Shown here in pieces: positions 29,056 through 39,358 of a stretch of DNA of 64,000 nt. Position numbers and translations under genes: made by a program. The stretch covers positions 1 through 64,000 of IMG/VR virus record IMGVR_UViG_3300027771_001853. One strand, given 5' to 3'. Below the pieces are notes generated by a model. It did not search any database. It saw only the letters and a list, made by a program, of their open reading frames with translations, and had not been told where the DNA came from. The first letter of the stretch is position 1, and every line of letters begins with the position of its first letter.

Positions 29056-30936
29056 TTAACTTAATTCTACCCATGTTTTATCTGGGTCAAACCATATTTG
29101 CCCGTTTACACTATCCATCACATATCCAACTATTCTAACAAATGTACCAGTATAATTTAATGATGCGTCGTTATCAGTAACAAATCCACTAGTCTTACTT
29201 ATGTATATTGGGTTACTTATCGTACCCGGGTCATACGTTAGTGTGTAATACCCTTTAATTAAAAAACCACCTGAACTATTAGTTTCCAAAGCAATACCTA
29301 AGAATCCTTTACTTAAATTAGGTACATCAGCATCAGATTTTACCCAAGTTCCCCCAGTTAAACAATACAGACTTCCTTTATCTACTGAGTATTCATTACC
29401 ATACGGGTCATACAATACGTCACCCATATATCGGTTGTTGGTTGCACTTGGTGCAGAAAATGTTCTCACACCTTGTATTGTAGCACCACTTATATTACCT
29501 GAGGCTATCACATTGGTAGTATTTACATTAGCTATAGTTCCTACTGTTAACTTATCTTGAATATTAAGTGTAACTGCTGATAATGTGGAACCAGAAATAA
29601 AAGAATTAGACATAAAACTGTTAGATACCATATCACCCTTTACCTCTATTCGGTCTGTGGTGTTTCTACCTAACCTCAACCCATCAATAGTATTTGAATT
29701 ACCTAACAAGATAACGTTTTGTTCATCGTCTGTACTTAGACTTGCAAATGTTTCTTGGCCTAGTAAATAAGAGTTCGCGATAACCTTACCACCTACAAAA
29801 GCATTATTAGAGGTATAAACAGTTGCTGCTGATAATGTAGTAGCAGAGATAAGTCCTGAGATTACCGCTTGACTGGGACTACCATTCCCACCTATTCTTA
29901 GGTTAGGCATGGACCCTAACGTTTTATCACTATCCTTCCAAACTGTAAATTGATTAGCTGTTATAGGACCAACCTTATCTACAGCAGAAGAACCAGATAA
30001 TGAGGCTTTTGTTAAAAATAAGTTCTGTAATTTACTAGACCCACTATATATTGTCCCATTAATATACACATCAGTAGTAGCACTCACACCACCAATAACC
30101 GTTAATTTTTGATTGGGTGTTGTTGTTCCAATACCAACATCTCCGGCTCCAGTTACACTTAACCTATTAGTGTTGTTAGTCCATATAGAATATGGATTGT
30201 TTCCATACACATAAGTATTGAAATCTGATATTGAACCAGATGCCCCAATGATATTATAGGTATTACTAAAAAGAGCATTTGCTGCACTACCATTTCTAAA
30301 TTGTAAATTACCACCATTAGTTAAACTTATTTTTACATTTCCATCTACTTGTAGTTTTTCTGTTGGTTCTGTTGTTCCAATACCAACATTTCCATTAGCA
30401 AGAATTCTCATTTTATCAGTTGCATCAACTTGAAATTGCATATATGATGAATTTGCTACTATTCTTGAATTACTACTCCAAGATAAATATTGATTATCAC
30501 TTATAGTTAATTTTCCACTAAATTTTCCAGTCCCTACAACATCAAGTTTTGTTGTTGGCGAACTCGTTCCAATACCAACATTCCCAGTTAAACCACTGTT
30601 TGAGTAGTTTCCATTACCGTCGGTTGACCAGTACGAAACTGGTACATTAATAGTTGTACCACTAGTGGTGTGTAATTTAAGGACCGTATCGTCCATCGTG
30701 GCAGCAGAAATATAAATGTCACCACTTACTGTAAGTTGTGACCAAGTAGCGTTTCCGGCCACATCAGATTTTAGGAAGTAACCACCTTCTTGGTTACCAT
30801 CCACATATCTTAAGTTCCCATTAACAATAAGGGGGTTAGGGGTTGTACCTTGTAGGTTTTGTACATTTCCAGCTGAGTCTGCCTGTAATAGCAGTTGGTA
30901 TGTATTTTTTATTTTAAGGTTTGATAAATCAGCCAT
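29056..30936 (-). CDS. Tail fibre-like protein
   Basis: Repeated GNVGIGT(T/S)xPxxKLxVxG beta-repeats; G/S/T/N-rich. Confidence 0.75.
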   Translation of the reverse strand: MADLSNLKIKNTYQLLLQADSAGNVQNLQGTTPNPLIVNGNLRYVDGNQEGGYFLKSDVAGNATWSQLTVSGDIYISAATMDDTVLKLHTTSGTTINVPVSYWSTDGNGNYSNSGLTGNVGIGTSSPTTKLDVVGTGKFSGKLTISDNQYLSWSSNSRIVANSSYMQFQVDATDKMRILANGNVGIGTTEPTEKLQVDGNVKISLTNGGNLQFRNGSAANALFSNTYNIIGASGSISDFNTYVYGNNPYSIWTNNTNRLSVTGAGDVGIGTTTPNQKLTVIGGVSATTDVYINGTIYSGSSKLQNLFLTKASLSGSSAVDKVGPITANQFTVWKDSDKTLGSMPNLRIGGNGSPSQAVISGLISATTLSAATVYTSNNAFVGGKVIANSYLLGQETFASLSTDDEQNVILLGNSNTIDGLRLGRNTTDRIEVKGDMVSNSFMSNSFISGSTLSAVTLNIQDKLTVGTIANVNTTNVIASGNISGATIQGVRTFSAPSATNNRYMGDVLYDPYGNEYSVDKGSLYCLTGGTWVKSDADVPNLSKGFLGIALETNSSGGFLIKGYYTLTYDPGTISNPIYISKTSGFVTDNDASLNYTGTFVRIVGYVMDSVNGQIWFDPDKTWVELS

Positions 30937-30971
30937 AACTTAAATTTTACTATACAAGTCACGAAAGTAAA

Positions 30972-31430
30972 TTATCGTTTATAGTTCCTTAAAATATCTT
31001 CTAACTGTCTTTTAGTTAAGGTTACTTTTTTCTTTGGGTTCGGTTTGGAGTTTTCTTCCTTGATAACTTTTCTTTCTGGGTATTTTACTTCAACCTTAGG
31101 TGCTTTAGTCTCAACTAGAGATTTAGTAGGTTGTTTTACTTCCACAGTCACACTTTTAGATTGTTTTAGTTCATATTCTGAGTTCCATGGGTTAAAATAC
31201 ATATCGTCCGCTACTACCTCTAACCTCATATTACCACCTTCACTAACCAATCCTTTTATTTTTTTAATTGGGACAACACAAACACCGTTATTGTTTATTT
31301 CCCCGTTAAACACTAAAGAGTTTTCATCACTTTCTATTATTAATCTAGCAAATGAATTAGAGATACTTGTCCCTTCTAACTGAATTGAACATTCAAACAG
31401 GTTTGGTTTATCCGAATATAGTGTATACAT
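30972..31430 (-). CDS. Hypothetical phage protein
   Basis: 152-aa ORF; TATTTAT at 31447-31453. Confidence 0.65.
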   Translation of the reverse strand: MYTLYSDKPNLFECSIQLEGTSISNSFARLIIESDENSLVFNGEINNNGVCVVPIKKIKGLVSEGGNMRLEVVADDMYFNPWNSEYELKQSKSVTVEVKQPTKSLVETKAPKVEVKYPERKVIKEENSKPNPKKKVTLTKRQLEDILRNYKR

Positions 31431-31436
31431 AACTTT

Positions 31437-31745
31437 TTATTTATTTATAAATACCTTTAACTTTATCTTTCTCAATTCTTTTTCTACTATTGTGAAATCA
31501 TTTGCAGTTACAGATACGTTTGGGTTAAAGTATTTAGATTCTTCATATTCTTCATCTTTTATAAAACATAGAAGTTTTATGAACTTTTTTTGGTTTGGTT
31601 TCTTTTGTTTACGTAATCTAGTTAATTGTGCTGTATATCCCCCACCTATTACCTGTGAGGCAACATCGCACGCCTCTTCCCACGTAAAGTCAGCTTCGTT
31701 CCATACATGGTCAAACTCATTCCATCTACATTCAGCATTTCCCAT
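31437..31745 (-). CDS. Hypothetical phage protein
   Basis: WNE..WNE..WEE pattern. Confidence 0.6.
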   Translation of the reverse strand: MGNAECRWNEFDHVWNEADFTWEEACDVASQVIGGGYTAQLTRLRKQKKPNQKKFIKLLCFIKDEEYEESKYFNPNVSVTANDFTIVEKELRKIKLKVFINK

Positions 31746-31926
31746 CGTTTTTGTCTTTTTTAAACCAATAATCTATTACATTCTGAAATGAACTTAAAAA
31801 TCCACCTATAATAATAAACAAGAGGTCACGAGTTGTACCCATGACCTCTCGTGTAAATATACAATAGATTAGTGCAGCAAAAAGAACTAAAAACATAATA
31901 GTTATTATAGTTCTAGCTAAATCCAT
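31732..31926 (-). CDS. Small two-TM protein (holin-like)
   Basis: Two hydrophobic helices, charged C-terminus. Confidence 0.5.
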   Translation of the reverse strand: MDLARTIITIMFLVLFAALIYCIFTREVMGTTRDLLFIIIGGFLSSFQNVIDYWFKKDKNDGKC

Positions 31927-31931
31927 TTTTA

Positions 31932-32093
31932 TTATAGTTTACAACATTTAGACCCACAATTGTATGCTAGGTACGCTGCTACTACTAAAGCTGGTACGGC
32001 AACCATCCAATCACTGTGTGCCATTTCCCAACCTGCAAATAAAGCTACTGGGTAACCCAAGTAACATTTACATATGTTTAAATATTTTTCCAT
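31932..32093 (-). CDS. Small membrane protein (53 aa)
   Basis: Translated by hand (MEKYLNICKC...); fills the gap between genes. Confidence 0.5.
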   Translation of the reverse strand: MEKYLNICKCYLGYPVALFAGWEMAHSDWMVAVPALVVAAYLAYNCGSKCCKL

Positions 32094-32098
32094 GTTTT

Positions 32099-34504
32099 CT
32101 AAAATTTAGTTTTTAACGAAATTATCACATTCCTTCCTGGTGCTGATATACCTGAAGCAAATGTTCGGTAGTGCTGGTCTAGAATATTTTCTAGACTTAA
32201 TTGTAATTTAACTTTTTTGTTAAATTTATATTGAATTGAGCTATTGAGTACCCACCAAGAAGGGTACCCTTCATCGGTACCTAAATCCTCATTGTCTACC
32301 CCAGTCGAGTTCATTTCCTCAATATGTTTCCATGCAGTATAAATACCCCATATATTGTACTCTAACTTACCAGTCTTAATCTTAAATAAAGATTTACCAT
32401 ACCCTGGAGGTATATGACCTAGAGGTTCATTATTAGATACATCATAACCTCTTTGCCATGTGAATGATTCTTCGTAGAATAACCATGAATTTAATTTAGA
32501 TTTTACTCCGAATGACCAACCATATATGTAAGCTTCTGGTGAGTTCATTAATGATTGTACATTCAATTCTTCATCTTCATGTATTTGTGTGTAACCTAAA
32601 TCATGTTTTACTATCGCGTCTTTAAGGTGAGTATAGAATACGTTACCTGTTGTTTGCATTCTTTTTTTCTTCCAAGTAATACTCATTTCACCATTATAAG
32701 CGTACTCTGGTGTTAAATCAGGGTTAGGTACAACCATATTACCTTTTTTAACAAATACTTTACCATAATCATCTATATTGGGATTTCTAAAACCTGATGA
32801 TGTTACCCAATCAAACTTCCATTTTTTAGATGGTTTATAAATTAAATTAAGATTACCAGTTAATGCTCCGTTGTTGAACTCTATCTGGTCTGTAACAAAT
32901 ACTGGGTCCGTATCTCTGAATACCATATCACCAAGTACTCTTGAGTATCTTAGTCCTGCATTCCATACTATATGTTCGTTAACCTCTTTCTTGTATGAAC
33001 CATATAAAGCTGCTGTAGATAGGTTACTACCACCTGATGGGTACCTTGACTGTGTACCTTCAGTAGAGGTTGATAGTACGTTATTGTGTGTTAATTCCAT
33101 ACCGTAAACTAAATTGTCTAATGAAAAGTCCCAGTTAAAGCTAAACACATCCACATCTATGTATGTGTTATTATATTCATCTGATAGATATTTTCTAGTT
33201 ATCCTATCTTCTTCTATAAATTGGTATGCTAATGTGATGTTATGACTGTTAAATAATTTACTGGAAGTGTAAGTGTTTATATCAATAGATGACATAAATC
33301 TTGTTTGGGGACCATATGACCATTCACTCCATGTTAAGTAACCGTCTTTATACTCCTGTAAGTTATCGTACCTAGGTATGTTTGTTGTTGTAGAAAATTG
33401 GTTATTAAACCTCAAAAACACATTTTCAGATATTCTCCATGATGTATTGTTTAATAGGTCTATTTGTTTATACCCTGTACCGACTTGTGTATTTGGGTCC
33501 GTATTTTCAACCATCACACCATCTTCCATATAATGATTAACTAATCCCCAGTCAGTATAACCATGTGGTCTCCACTCCCCCATTTTTAAATCACCATATT
33601 GTTTTAAAGTAACTGAAAAGAAATTAGCTAGATTATCACCACCTATATTATTATCAACATGAATAGAAGATTCGTTAGCAGCGGTACCATATCTAAGTTC
33701 CGCACTAGTTTTAATGAATATCTTATCATTTTTACTAAACTCAGGTTTCTTTGTGTAGAAATGTACTACACCACCTAAGGCATCACTTCCATAGATTGTT
33801 GATGATGGTCCAAATACTACCTCAACTATCTCTAAAGCGTTTGGGTCTACTGTTAATGCGTTCTGTAGGTGACCTGAACGATATATAGCGTTATTCATTC
33901 TAACACCATCAACCACAAGTAAAACCCTATTAGCTTCAAACCCTCTTATGATTGGTGAACCACCACCTAATTGAGATTTCTGAATGGTTAGTCCTTGTGT
34001 TGCTGTTAGTAGGTCAGCTGTGGTAGATTGGTTTGCGTTTTCTATTTGTATAACATCAAGAGATTGTATCTGATAAGCTACATTTTCTCTTAACTCTCTT
34101 ACTTTACTAGCTGAGATTACAACATCATCTAAGTATTCCGATGATTGGTGCAATAGAATTACATAATCTTTCTTAAGCATTTCTTGTTTGGTTATGTGTC
34201 GTGTTTCATAACCAATAAAAGAAATTGATAATAAAATAACATCTGACTTAAATAAAGATAAGTCTGCTCGGCCATCTATATCTGTAGTAGTTCCTTTCAC
34301 TATAGAGTCTCTGAATGTCGTATTACTTCCAGGACTAATAAGTAATTGTTTAGAGATTATATTAGCAAATGGTATAGGTTCTAATGTTTGTTGGTCTTTT
34401 AGGGTTAATGTCTGACCACAAACCGAACCCGAACATATAAGTAAAAAGAGGATTAACAAATATCCTCCAAATAGTTTTAATTGTATTTTAGTCATCTCCC
34501 TCAT
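32099..34504 (-). CDS. TonB-dependent receptor (Bacteroidota type)
   Basis: Signal peptide; EPIPFANI/GTTTDIDG N-domain; DVVISA; plug GGGSPIIRG..DGVRMNN..IEVVFGP.S..YGSDALGG; ENILDQHY..PGRN; terminal Phe. Confidence 0.92.
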   Translation of the reverse strand: MREMTKIQLKLFGGYLLILFLLICSGSVCGQTLTLKDQQTLEPIPFANIISKQLLISPGSNTTFRDSIVKGTTTDIDGRADLSLFKSDVILLSISFIGYETRHITKQEMLKKDYVILLHQSSEYLDDVVISASKVRELRENVAYQIQSLDVIQIENANQSTTADLLTATQGLTIQKSQLGGGSPIIRGFEANRVLLVVDGVRMNNAIYRSGHLQNALTVDPNALEIVEVVFGPSSTIYGSDALGGVVHFYTKKPEFSKNDKIFIKTSAELRYGTAANESSIHVDNNIGGDNLANFFSVTLKQYGDLKMGEWRPHGYTDWGLVNHYMEDGVMVENTDPNTQVGTGYKQIDLLNNTSWRISENVFLRFNNQFSTTTNIPRYDNLQEYKDGYLTWSEWSYGPQTRFMSSIDINTYTSSKLFNSHNITLAYQFIEEDRITRKYLSDEYNNTYIDVDVFSFNWDFSLDNLVYGMELTHNNVLSTSTEGTQSRYPSGGSNLSTAALYGSYKKEVNEHIVWNAGLRYSRVLGDMVFRDTDPVFVTDQIEFNNGALTGNLNLIYKPSKKWKFDWVTSSGFRNPNIDDYGKVFVKKGNMVVPNPDLTPEYAYNGEMSITWKKKRMQTTGNVFYTHLKDAIVKHDLGYTQIHEDEELNVQSLMNSPEAYIYGWSFGVKSKLNSWLFYEESFTWQRGYDVSNNEPLGHIPPGYGKSLFKIKTGKLEYNIWGIYTAWKHIEEMNSTGVDNEDLGTDEGYPSWWVLNSSIQYKFNKKVKLQLSLENILDQHYRTFASGISAPGRNVIISLKTKF

Positions 34505-34671
34505 AGTGATGTGTTTTCTTGTACGTATTCCTCAACCACCTCAATTTCATCTTCTTTTTTAAGGACACATTCAGCACAACAACTACTAACTCCGTGGTTT
34601 ACTTGGATTGGTGTGAACCAAGTCATTAAAGCTGCCATAAATAACCCTAGTACCTGTATTGTTTTTCTCAT
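34501..34671 (-). CDS. Small secreted/membrane protein (56 aa)
   Basis: Translated by hand (MRKTIQVLGLFMAA...); overlaps both neighbours. Confidence 0.5.
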   Translation of the reverse strand: MRKTIQVLGLFMAALMTWFTPIQVNHGVSSCCAECVLKKEDEIEVVEEYVQENTSL

Positions 34672-35225
34672 TATTTACTGTTACTCATATTGAATCCTAG
34701 TATAAGTGATATTCTAGCTCCTGTTGGGTCACCACCATCTCCCCATGCAGATGATTTACCTGGTACAAATGCTATATTTACTGGAAAGTTTAAGTCTCCT
34801 GATTTGAAGTTCTTTCCTATTGTGAATACCATACCAATACCTGATAGAGATAAGTTAGGTCCTATTGCTGCTTCCATGCCATTTCCAGTTCTTATACCTA
34901 CTAGAGATGATACAGCTGGTAGAAACATTCCTTGTTCCATTCCACCTACAACAACCACCCATTCTACCAATCCTGCTACTTCACCATTGTCTACGAATCT
35001 TGTTTCCCATTGCCATCCATATTGTGATATGAATGCCATCTTCTGACCTTCTGTATAAACCTCATCAAAACCATTATATTCAGATGACCTATCATTGATA
35101 AAGTCTGCTGAACTACCATGTGTTAGTAATGTGAATCCAATTCTTGGTCCTGCTAATCTGTCTATCTGTGCATTGGCTGTTAGCAACCCTAACCCTAATG
35201 CTAATGTTAATATAATTCTTTTCAT
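34671..35225 (-). CDS. Secreted/outer-membrane protein
   Basis: Sec signal MKRIILTLALGLGLLTANA-Q; amphipathic strands. Confidence 0.7.
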   Translation of the reverse strand: MKRIILTLALGLGLLTANAQIDRLAGPRIGFTLLTHGSSADFINDRSSEYNGFDEVYTEGQKMAFISQYGWQWETRFVDNGEVAGLVEWVVVVGGMEQGMFLPAVSSLVGIRTGNGMEAAIGPNLSLSGIGMVFTIGKNFKSGDLNFPVNIAFVPGKSSAWGDGGDPTGARISLILGFNMSNSK

Positions 35226-36523
35226 TATTTTGTTTTAAATATCTTATTATTATTAATGATATACATTCCTATTGGTAAGTCAATAAAGTCAACTTTCCAT
35301 TCTCTACCTAACACATCAAATATCCTATTATCTATAGGGTTTATAAATATTACTTCTTTTATACCTACTGTGGTGTTACCTGTTTCAAATTTGATTTCTT
35401 CTTTGGAACCAAAGTCACCACCTTGTACTATCATATTACCTAAACCATCGGTAACAGTATACGAACCATTACCATAACTACAACATATACCATCCCCGTA
35501 AAAATCTTCTATCTTGAACGTCACACAAGTGTTCGGTGGGATGACTCCTGTTGATGGTGTTTGACTCATAACACCTTGTGTACTTAAATCACTATATGGT
35601 CCTCCAGTCATATAAGAAACACTACCATCACCTATCGACCATGTTGTTTCTGAACCATACATGTCTGTTACTATTGTTACAGTTATATCTGTATGGACAT
35701 TCGTTAATGGACCAACCACCTCTATATTTTCTTCATCCCCATTAGGTCTAGTGTCTGTCACACCATTTGGTGAAACAACTTTTGCTGTCCAAGTTCCTGG
35801 TGTTGTTATTAAATAATTTATTGTGAATATTGTACGACCAAAAGGTGATAGGTTTCCTTGCCATTGTTGAGTGTGGACTAGGTTACCTGATGGGTCCCTC
35901 AATTCTAATGTTGCTGATGTAAGGTTAACATACGCACTAGCGTTATATATTTCAACATCTGGTTCGTTACCATTTGTACATATCTTCATTCCTTGATGTA
36001 GTAATAGGGTTGCGTCATCATTTTGCCATTGAAAGGCTTGTGAACAATTTACCACTTCATTCCAAAATACCCATTTTTCATTTCGTTGTATCTCAGGTGC
36101 TATCCCAGTTCCACAATGTAAGAACAATGTAGGGTACCCAGCAAATGTATAATTACTAGCTACTGAACTCCCTTGATTGTTCGGGCCTATAATGGGGTAG
36201 TCAACACCAGTTATCCAATCTCCTTGGCTACCACCAGCACCTTGTAATTTAGCTATTGAAGAATTTCCGTCCCCATCAATCCAGAAAACCATAAATTCAT
36301 CTGTACCGTTTGGTCCGAAGTCGTGATACAACTCTTGCATTATATGGGCTGAGTGCCATATCCAACAAGGTCCACACCAATGTGCTGATATATCCACTAG
36401 GACTGCTTTATTAGTATGGTCTGATATGTCGTATACCACACCATTAAAATCACCAGCCATCCATGTCTGAGAATATGTAGTGAGTGTTATTACACTTAAT
36501 AGTATTATTAATAGTTTTTTCAT
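35225..36523 (-). CDS. Secreted thioredoxin-like (WCGPC) + Ig-like domain protein with T9SS-like C-terminus
   Basis: Signal peptide ending SQ; AHWCGPCW, GYPT; IFDVLGR...GMYIINNNKI tail. Confidence 0.75.
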   Translation of the reverse strand: MKKLLIILLSVITLTTYSQTWMAGDFNGVVYDISDHTNKAVLVDISAHWCGPCWIWHSAHIMQELYHDFGPNGTDEFMVFWIDGDGNSSIAKLQGAGGSQGDWITGVDYPIIGPNNQGSSVASNYTFAGYPTLFLHCGTGIAPEIQRNEKWVFWNEVVNCSQAFQWQNDDATLLLHQGMKICTNGNEPDVEIYNASAYVNLTSATLELRDPSGNLVHTQQWQGNLSPFGRTIFTINYLITTPGTWTAKVVSPNGVTDTRPNGDEENIEVVGPLTNVHTDITVTIVTDMYGSETTWSIGDGSVSYMTGGPYSDLSTQGVMSQTPSTGVIPPNTCVTFKIEDFYGDGICCSYGNGSYTVTDGLGNMIVQGGDFGSKEEIKFETGNTTVGIKEVIFINPIDNRIFDVLGREWKVDFIDLPIGMYIINNNKIFKTK

Positions 36524-36556
36524 AGTTCTTTTTTTTACGAAATTATTTATAAAAGG

Positions 36557-37894
36557 TTACAGTTTATATTTTATACCTATAGTGGTTTTATAATCTTGTA
36601 CCCCATAGTAGTTTGATATCTCACCTGATATAGCTAGAGTGAACTTCTTCCCTAATTTTAATCCTGCTTCTAGACCACCATCATACTCAAATACATTTTC
36701 TGTTGGTGCCCAATCAGCTTCCATACCAAAGGCTTTTATCGTCACATCGTTACCTGAGGTTATTGTTGCGACTCCTGGTACACTTAAGTCAGTTTGTTGT
36801 GGGTATAAGTTTATCCATGTATTAAAAAAGTATAGTTTGGATTCCGAAAAGAAATCTAAACCTATAACTGGTGAACCTGTCCATGCCCATATTCTTTTTT
36901 TAGCGTTGTATTGATTGGTAACATAAGGTTCAGACAATACAGGGTCTAGTATCTCGGTGTACGTACCAACCAGTTCTTCATTAGACCATTCATTATTATT
37001 ATCAAAATCATAAAACACATTTTGAGCTACTGAACCAGTGTCCCAGTAAGCGTTTTCATAGAACCCAATAAAATCATCTGTGTAAGCTGCCCATGGTGTT
37101 GCTCTGACATTATACCCTACCGTAAAATTTACGTTTTGGTTTACTCTATAAAGTAGTCGTATACCACCTTTAGCAAATTCCTGGTTGGACCCATAGTCTT
37201 CTATTAAAGCGTTTACCCTACTTTTATGGTCCCCTTCTAACCAAAACCCATATCGTTTAAATATTTTTGTATATCTAACATATTGTCGTGATTCGGAATA
37301 CTCCCTACCATCATTCCTAATGTAATCCCAAGTAAGTTTATATTCCACACCTTGTGAGTTAAAGGCATACGAATCCTTACCTTCATCTTTTTTTAATTCT
37401 TCATCTTTTCTACCAAATAAATTTTGTGGACATGTAACACAAGATTCACTAGCTTTCTTTTTTATCCCAAACGAATAAACATAATCATCTTTTATTGTAA
37501 GGTCCGCAAAATCTTTAGGTCTAGCAATAAACCCACCAAACTGTAATTGTATCCCAGTGAATAAATTAGTTTTACCCCATTTAATCACATCCTGACTAGT
37601 AATGTTTTTAAAATTAATACTGTCCCACATAACCTCAGCTCTAAGTTCTGCTATGGTTGGTAGTTGTATTTTTGTCCTTAATCTTAGTGTGTCTAATTTT
37701 TTAAGGTTTTTCTGACATCGGATATATTCTTTATAACATATAATAAAGTTATCTATCTTTCCTGAGTTAATGTACTCACCCAGGTATATGTTTTGTGTCT
37801 TATCCCATACAGGTAACTTAGGTTCTATACAATCTTGACTAAAACTAGTAGTGAAGAAAACAACGAATGTGATTAATAATAATAACTTTTTCAT
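36557..37894 (-). CDS. Putative outer-membrane beta-barrel protein
   Basis: Signal peptide ending SFS-Q; alternating aromatic strands; C-terminal IGIKYKL. Confidence 0.65.
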   Translation of the reverse strand: MKKLLLLITFVVFFTTSFSQDCIEPKLPVWDKTQNIYLGEYINSGKIDNFIICYKEYIRCQKNLKKLDTLRLRTKIQLPTIAELRAEVMWDSINFKNITSQDVIKWGKTNLFTGIQLQFGGFIARPKDFADLTIKDDYVYSFGIKKKASESCVTCPQNLFGRKDEELKKDEGKDSYAFNSQGVEYKLTWDYIRNDGREYSESRQYVRYTKIFKRYGFWLEGDHKSRVNALIEDYGSNQEFAKGGIRLLYRVNQNVNFTVGYNVRATPWAAYTDDFIGFYENAYWDTGSVAQNVFYDFDNNNEWSNEELVGTYTEILDPVLSEPYVTNQYNAKKRIWAWTGSPVIGLDFFSESKLYFFNTWINLYPQQTDLSVPGVATITSGNDVTIKAFGMEADWAPTENVFEYDGGLEAGLKLGKKFTLAISGEISNYYGVQDYKTTIGIKYKL

Positions 37895-37895
37895 T

Positions 37896-38273
37896 TTATT
37901 TAATTATACTTACCCCTCCAAGACTTTTTATTTGTAGTTCTATTTTCTTAAACTCAACATCTATCTCTTTGGTTATGTCAAACACCTTATCTTCTAGTGT
38001 GTTGATGGTTTTAATTTTTTTATTAAGTCTTTCCTCGACCACACCTATTTCAGTTTCTAGTTTTTCTTCCATTGTCACAAACTTTTCAAGTACCATATCA
38101 GTCTCACCTTCGAAATCTTCATCAAATGCTTTTTGTTTTTCTTCAAAAATATATATTTGATTTTTCATAGTTTGAAATTCTCCGTATATTATCCCTAAAG
38201 TGAAGACAAACCCTATTAGGGTTATCCACATCTGTGGGTCTATTTTTTGTAAGAAACTTGTTTTTTCTGCCAT
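37896..38273 (-). CDS. TM + coiled-coil protein
   Basis: Hydrophobic helix followed by heptad repeats. Confidence 0.6.
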   Translation of the reverse strand: MAEKTSFLQKIDPQMWITLIGFVFTLGIIYGEFQTMKNQIYIFEEKQKAFDEDFEGETDMVLEKFVTMEEKLETEIGVVEERLNKKIKTINTLEDKVFDITKEIDVEFKKIELQIKSLGGVSIIK

Positions 38274-38279
38274 AATATT

Positions 38280-38876
38280 TTATCTTTCTAATGTTAATTC
38301 TCTGTACTGATAATGTTCCGCAGTGAGTGGTAATTGGCCATCATATCTTCTAACATTTTCTATTACCCATTTATTTGTTGTTTTATATGTTGTTGTCCAT
38401 TCCTCAACCTCTAGTCCTAAATAATAAGTAGCTGGAACATATAAATATGTAAAATCCATTACATTACATAAGGGTTTTTCTGCTTTCCAATTCCACCCTA
38501 ATGTTGATGAATCTTGTAGTGATGAGTTATGGTTATCACCCCATCTCATATCTGATGGGTACCCTTCAGCTCTTGTGCCATATATTAAATTAAAGTCAGC
38601 AACACTATCAAAGGTTATTGTCCCTATGTTTAATGTAGAATCATTAACATATTCTACCCAAGCGGACAAATCTAATTTAAACCCTTCTTCTAACATATAA
38701 AATTTACTTATCTGCCATTCCCCAGATATCTCCGTAGGGTCTACCGCTGCTGGTAATTCAAAGGGTGTTATAGGTTCTTTTTCACAAGCACTTAAGATTA
38801 AAACCCAAAAAAGTAACATACACCCCAAGTAAATCTTAGTTAAATGGTTACTAACAAATTTATTAACGTTTTTCAT
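38280..38876 (-). CDS. Lipoprotein
   Basis: Lipobox LSA-C followed by EKE; GEWQI lipocalin-like motif. Confidence 0.7.
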   Translation of the reverse strand: MKNVNKFVSNHLTKIYLGCMLLFWVLILSACEKEPITPFELPAAVDPTEISGEWQISKFYMLEEGFKLDLSAWVEYVNDSTLNIGTITFDSVADFNLIYGTRAEGYPSDMRWGDNHNSSLQDSSTLGWNWKAEKPLCNVMDFTYLYVPATYYLGLEVEEWTTTYKTTNKWVIENVRRYDGQLPLTAEHYQYRELTLER

Positions 38877-38887
38877 ATTATAATTTT

Positions 38888-39358
38888 TTAATCTAAAGGG
38901 CCATACTTTTCACTAGCCATTGCATCACCAAAGTCTTTAGACCCCGGTAATTCAAAAGAAATATAGTAAGGGTGTTTATCATAATCTTTTGTGGTGGTTC
39001 CATAATAAGAATCAATAGAATATGATATTATGTCACCTCTTCGTGTAAGAGACAAGATTATTTCTTTTATCTTGTCCTTCCAATTACTCTGTTTAGTTGG
39101 GTCAAAAGTTGTGTCATCTGGATTATGCATTTGTAAATCTGTAGGGACCTTAATGGACTCAATTGTGTTTGGTAGTTTATCCACAAAATCTAACATCTCT
39201 TTATAGTCATTTGTTTTAAAGACATATGGGTTAGTTCTAAATTCTTCAACCTCACCTCTTCTATGGTAAGTCCCAGGAAATCCCTTTGATGATACCCTAT
39301 GGTGTTGGACAGGGTTCTTGTATTCTTCTTTTAATATATTTCTAATTAGTTTTTTCAT
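38888..39358 (-). CDS. Hypothetical phage protein with ILKE leader
   Basis: MKKLIRNILKEE. Confidence 0.7.
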   Translation of the reverse strand: MKKLIRNILKEEYKNPVQHHRVSSKGFPGTYHRRGEVEEFRTNPYVFKTNDYKEMLDFVDKLPNTIESIKVPTDLQMHNPDDTTFDPTKQSNWKDKIKEIILSLTRRGDIISYSIDSYYGTTTKDYDKHPYYISFELPGSKDFGDAMASEKYGPLD